This document shows, in pieces, positions 63,201 to 64,000 of a DNA stretch of 64,000 nucleotides. Below the pieces are notes generated by a model. That model saw only the letters and a program-made list of their open reading frames with translations. It was not told where the DNA came from and searched no databases. The stretch comes from Azolla caroliniana (lineage: Eukaryota; Plantae; Polypodiophyta), in contig JBHGNT010000002.1 in NCBI GenBank assembly GCA_043228905.1, positions 14,880,001-14,944,000 of the forward strand. Direction: 5' to 3'. A program made the translations under genes and the position numbers. Within the stretch, counting starts at the first letter, position 1. Each line of letters begins with the position of its first letter.

Positions 63201-64000
63201 ATTCTGCTATGATCTTTGTAGTCGGAGTTGTGCCCGTACATTCCGCCACGGTCGGAGTTGTGTGCATACATTCCGCCACGGTCGGAGTTGTGTGCATACA
63301 TTCCGCCACGATCTTTGTAGTCAAAGTTGTGCTTGTACATTCCACTATACTCTTCGTAGTCGGAATTGTGCGCGTAATTCGTGAGTTGTCGGCTTGTGGA
63401 AGCCGATTCACGCATCTTCTTTCGGCACTCTTCTTTGTGCTGGCCGAGCTTTCTGCAAAATATCCGCATTCGGTTGCGTTTTGACGGCTCGGGCCAGAGT
63501 GGAAGCTCCCCCTTCTAGCGAAGGTTCCTCGTTGGCCTCCATTTTGCGGTCGAAATTGGGAGTTGTTGTCGTAGGTCGGACCTTGCCTTTTTGCGGTTGA
63601 ATCGGCCTCTCGCTCGTCCACGTCCTCTTCCTCCGTTAGAGTGCGTGTAGAGCATGTGGCCTTCCGACTCATTGCTCCTTGTACGCACGTGGTTTTCTTC
63701 GACCAATAGCATTGATTGGAGCTCGAAGAAGGAGGGAGATTTCTCCCGTGCTAGAACGACGGTTCACATCGCGCCGAACCATGGTGCGAGGCCACCGAGG
63801 CATATTTGCACCATCTCATCATCATGTATACTTACGCTTATTGAGCCGAGTGAGTTGCTAAGCTCCTTGATCTTCAAGGTGTATGTCGTGATGGACATGT
63901 CCCTTTGTTGAATGTTGTTCAACTCTTGGCGGAGTTGAAGCTTCCTCGGGGTCGTGTTGGTGGCGAAAATCTTTCGTAGATTTTCCCACGCTTCCTTCGG
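60139..64000 (-). mobile_element. Ty1/copia element running off the window, with an RT/RNase H deletion
   Basis: 3' LTR 60139-60558 with (TG)n. RH end 60642-60880, RT N-half 60875-61459, INT 61829-62776, PR/gag 62789-64000. Confidence 0.9.

Overview
Gene-free, heterochromatin-like plant nuclear DNA, made almost entirely of nested retrotransposons. A non-seed plant such as a fern is likely, but this is inferred only from the element types. Two decayed minus-strand L1-like LINE copies (about 13970-30155 and 32400-43533) act as landing pads. Around and inside them are at least eight Ty1/copia elements or remnants with tRNA-Met primer-binding sites (PBS), 5-bp target-site duplications (TSDs) and, in one case, a nearly intact ORF (14202-19827). 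Also present are a full-length chromodomain Ty3/gypsy element (1355-7235), a 3.3-kb non-coding LTR element (39596-42908), several solo LTRs and a gag-only gypsy remnant. Highlights: (1) the chromovirus and the non-coding LTR element both lack a tRNA PBS and carry a PBS complementary to their own predicted transcript 5' end (Tf1-style self-priming), and both have an antisense tRNA-like module at the start of U3, which suggests an autonomous/non-autonomous pair; (2) a group of TGTCG...CA LTRs makes 4-bp TSDs centred on CpG; (3) about 340 bp of plastid psbC replaces part of the gypsy integrase; (4) a kinesin-8-like host-gene fragment sits behind an LTR and a putative PBS; (5) several copia families share a hairpin spanning the polypurine tract (PPT) and U3 start. 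All coordinates were read by eye, and no database search was possible.
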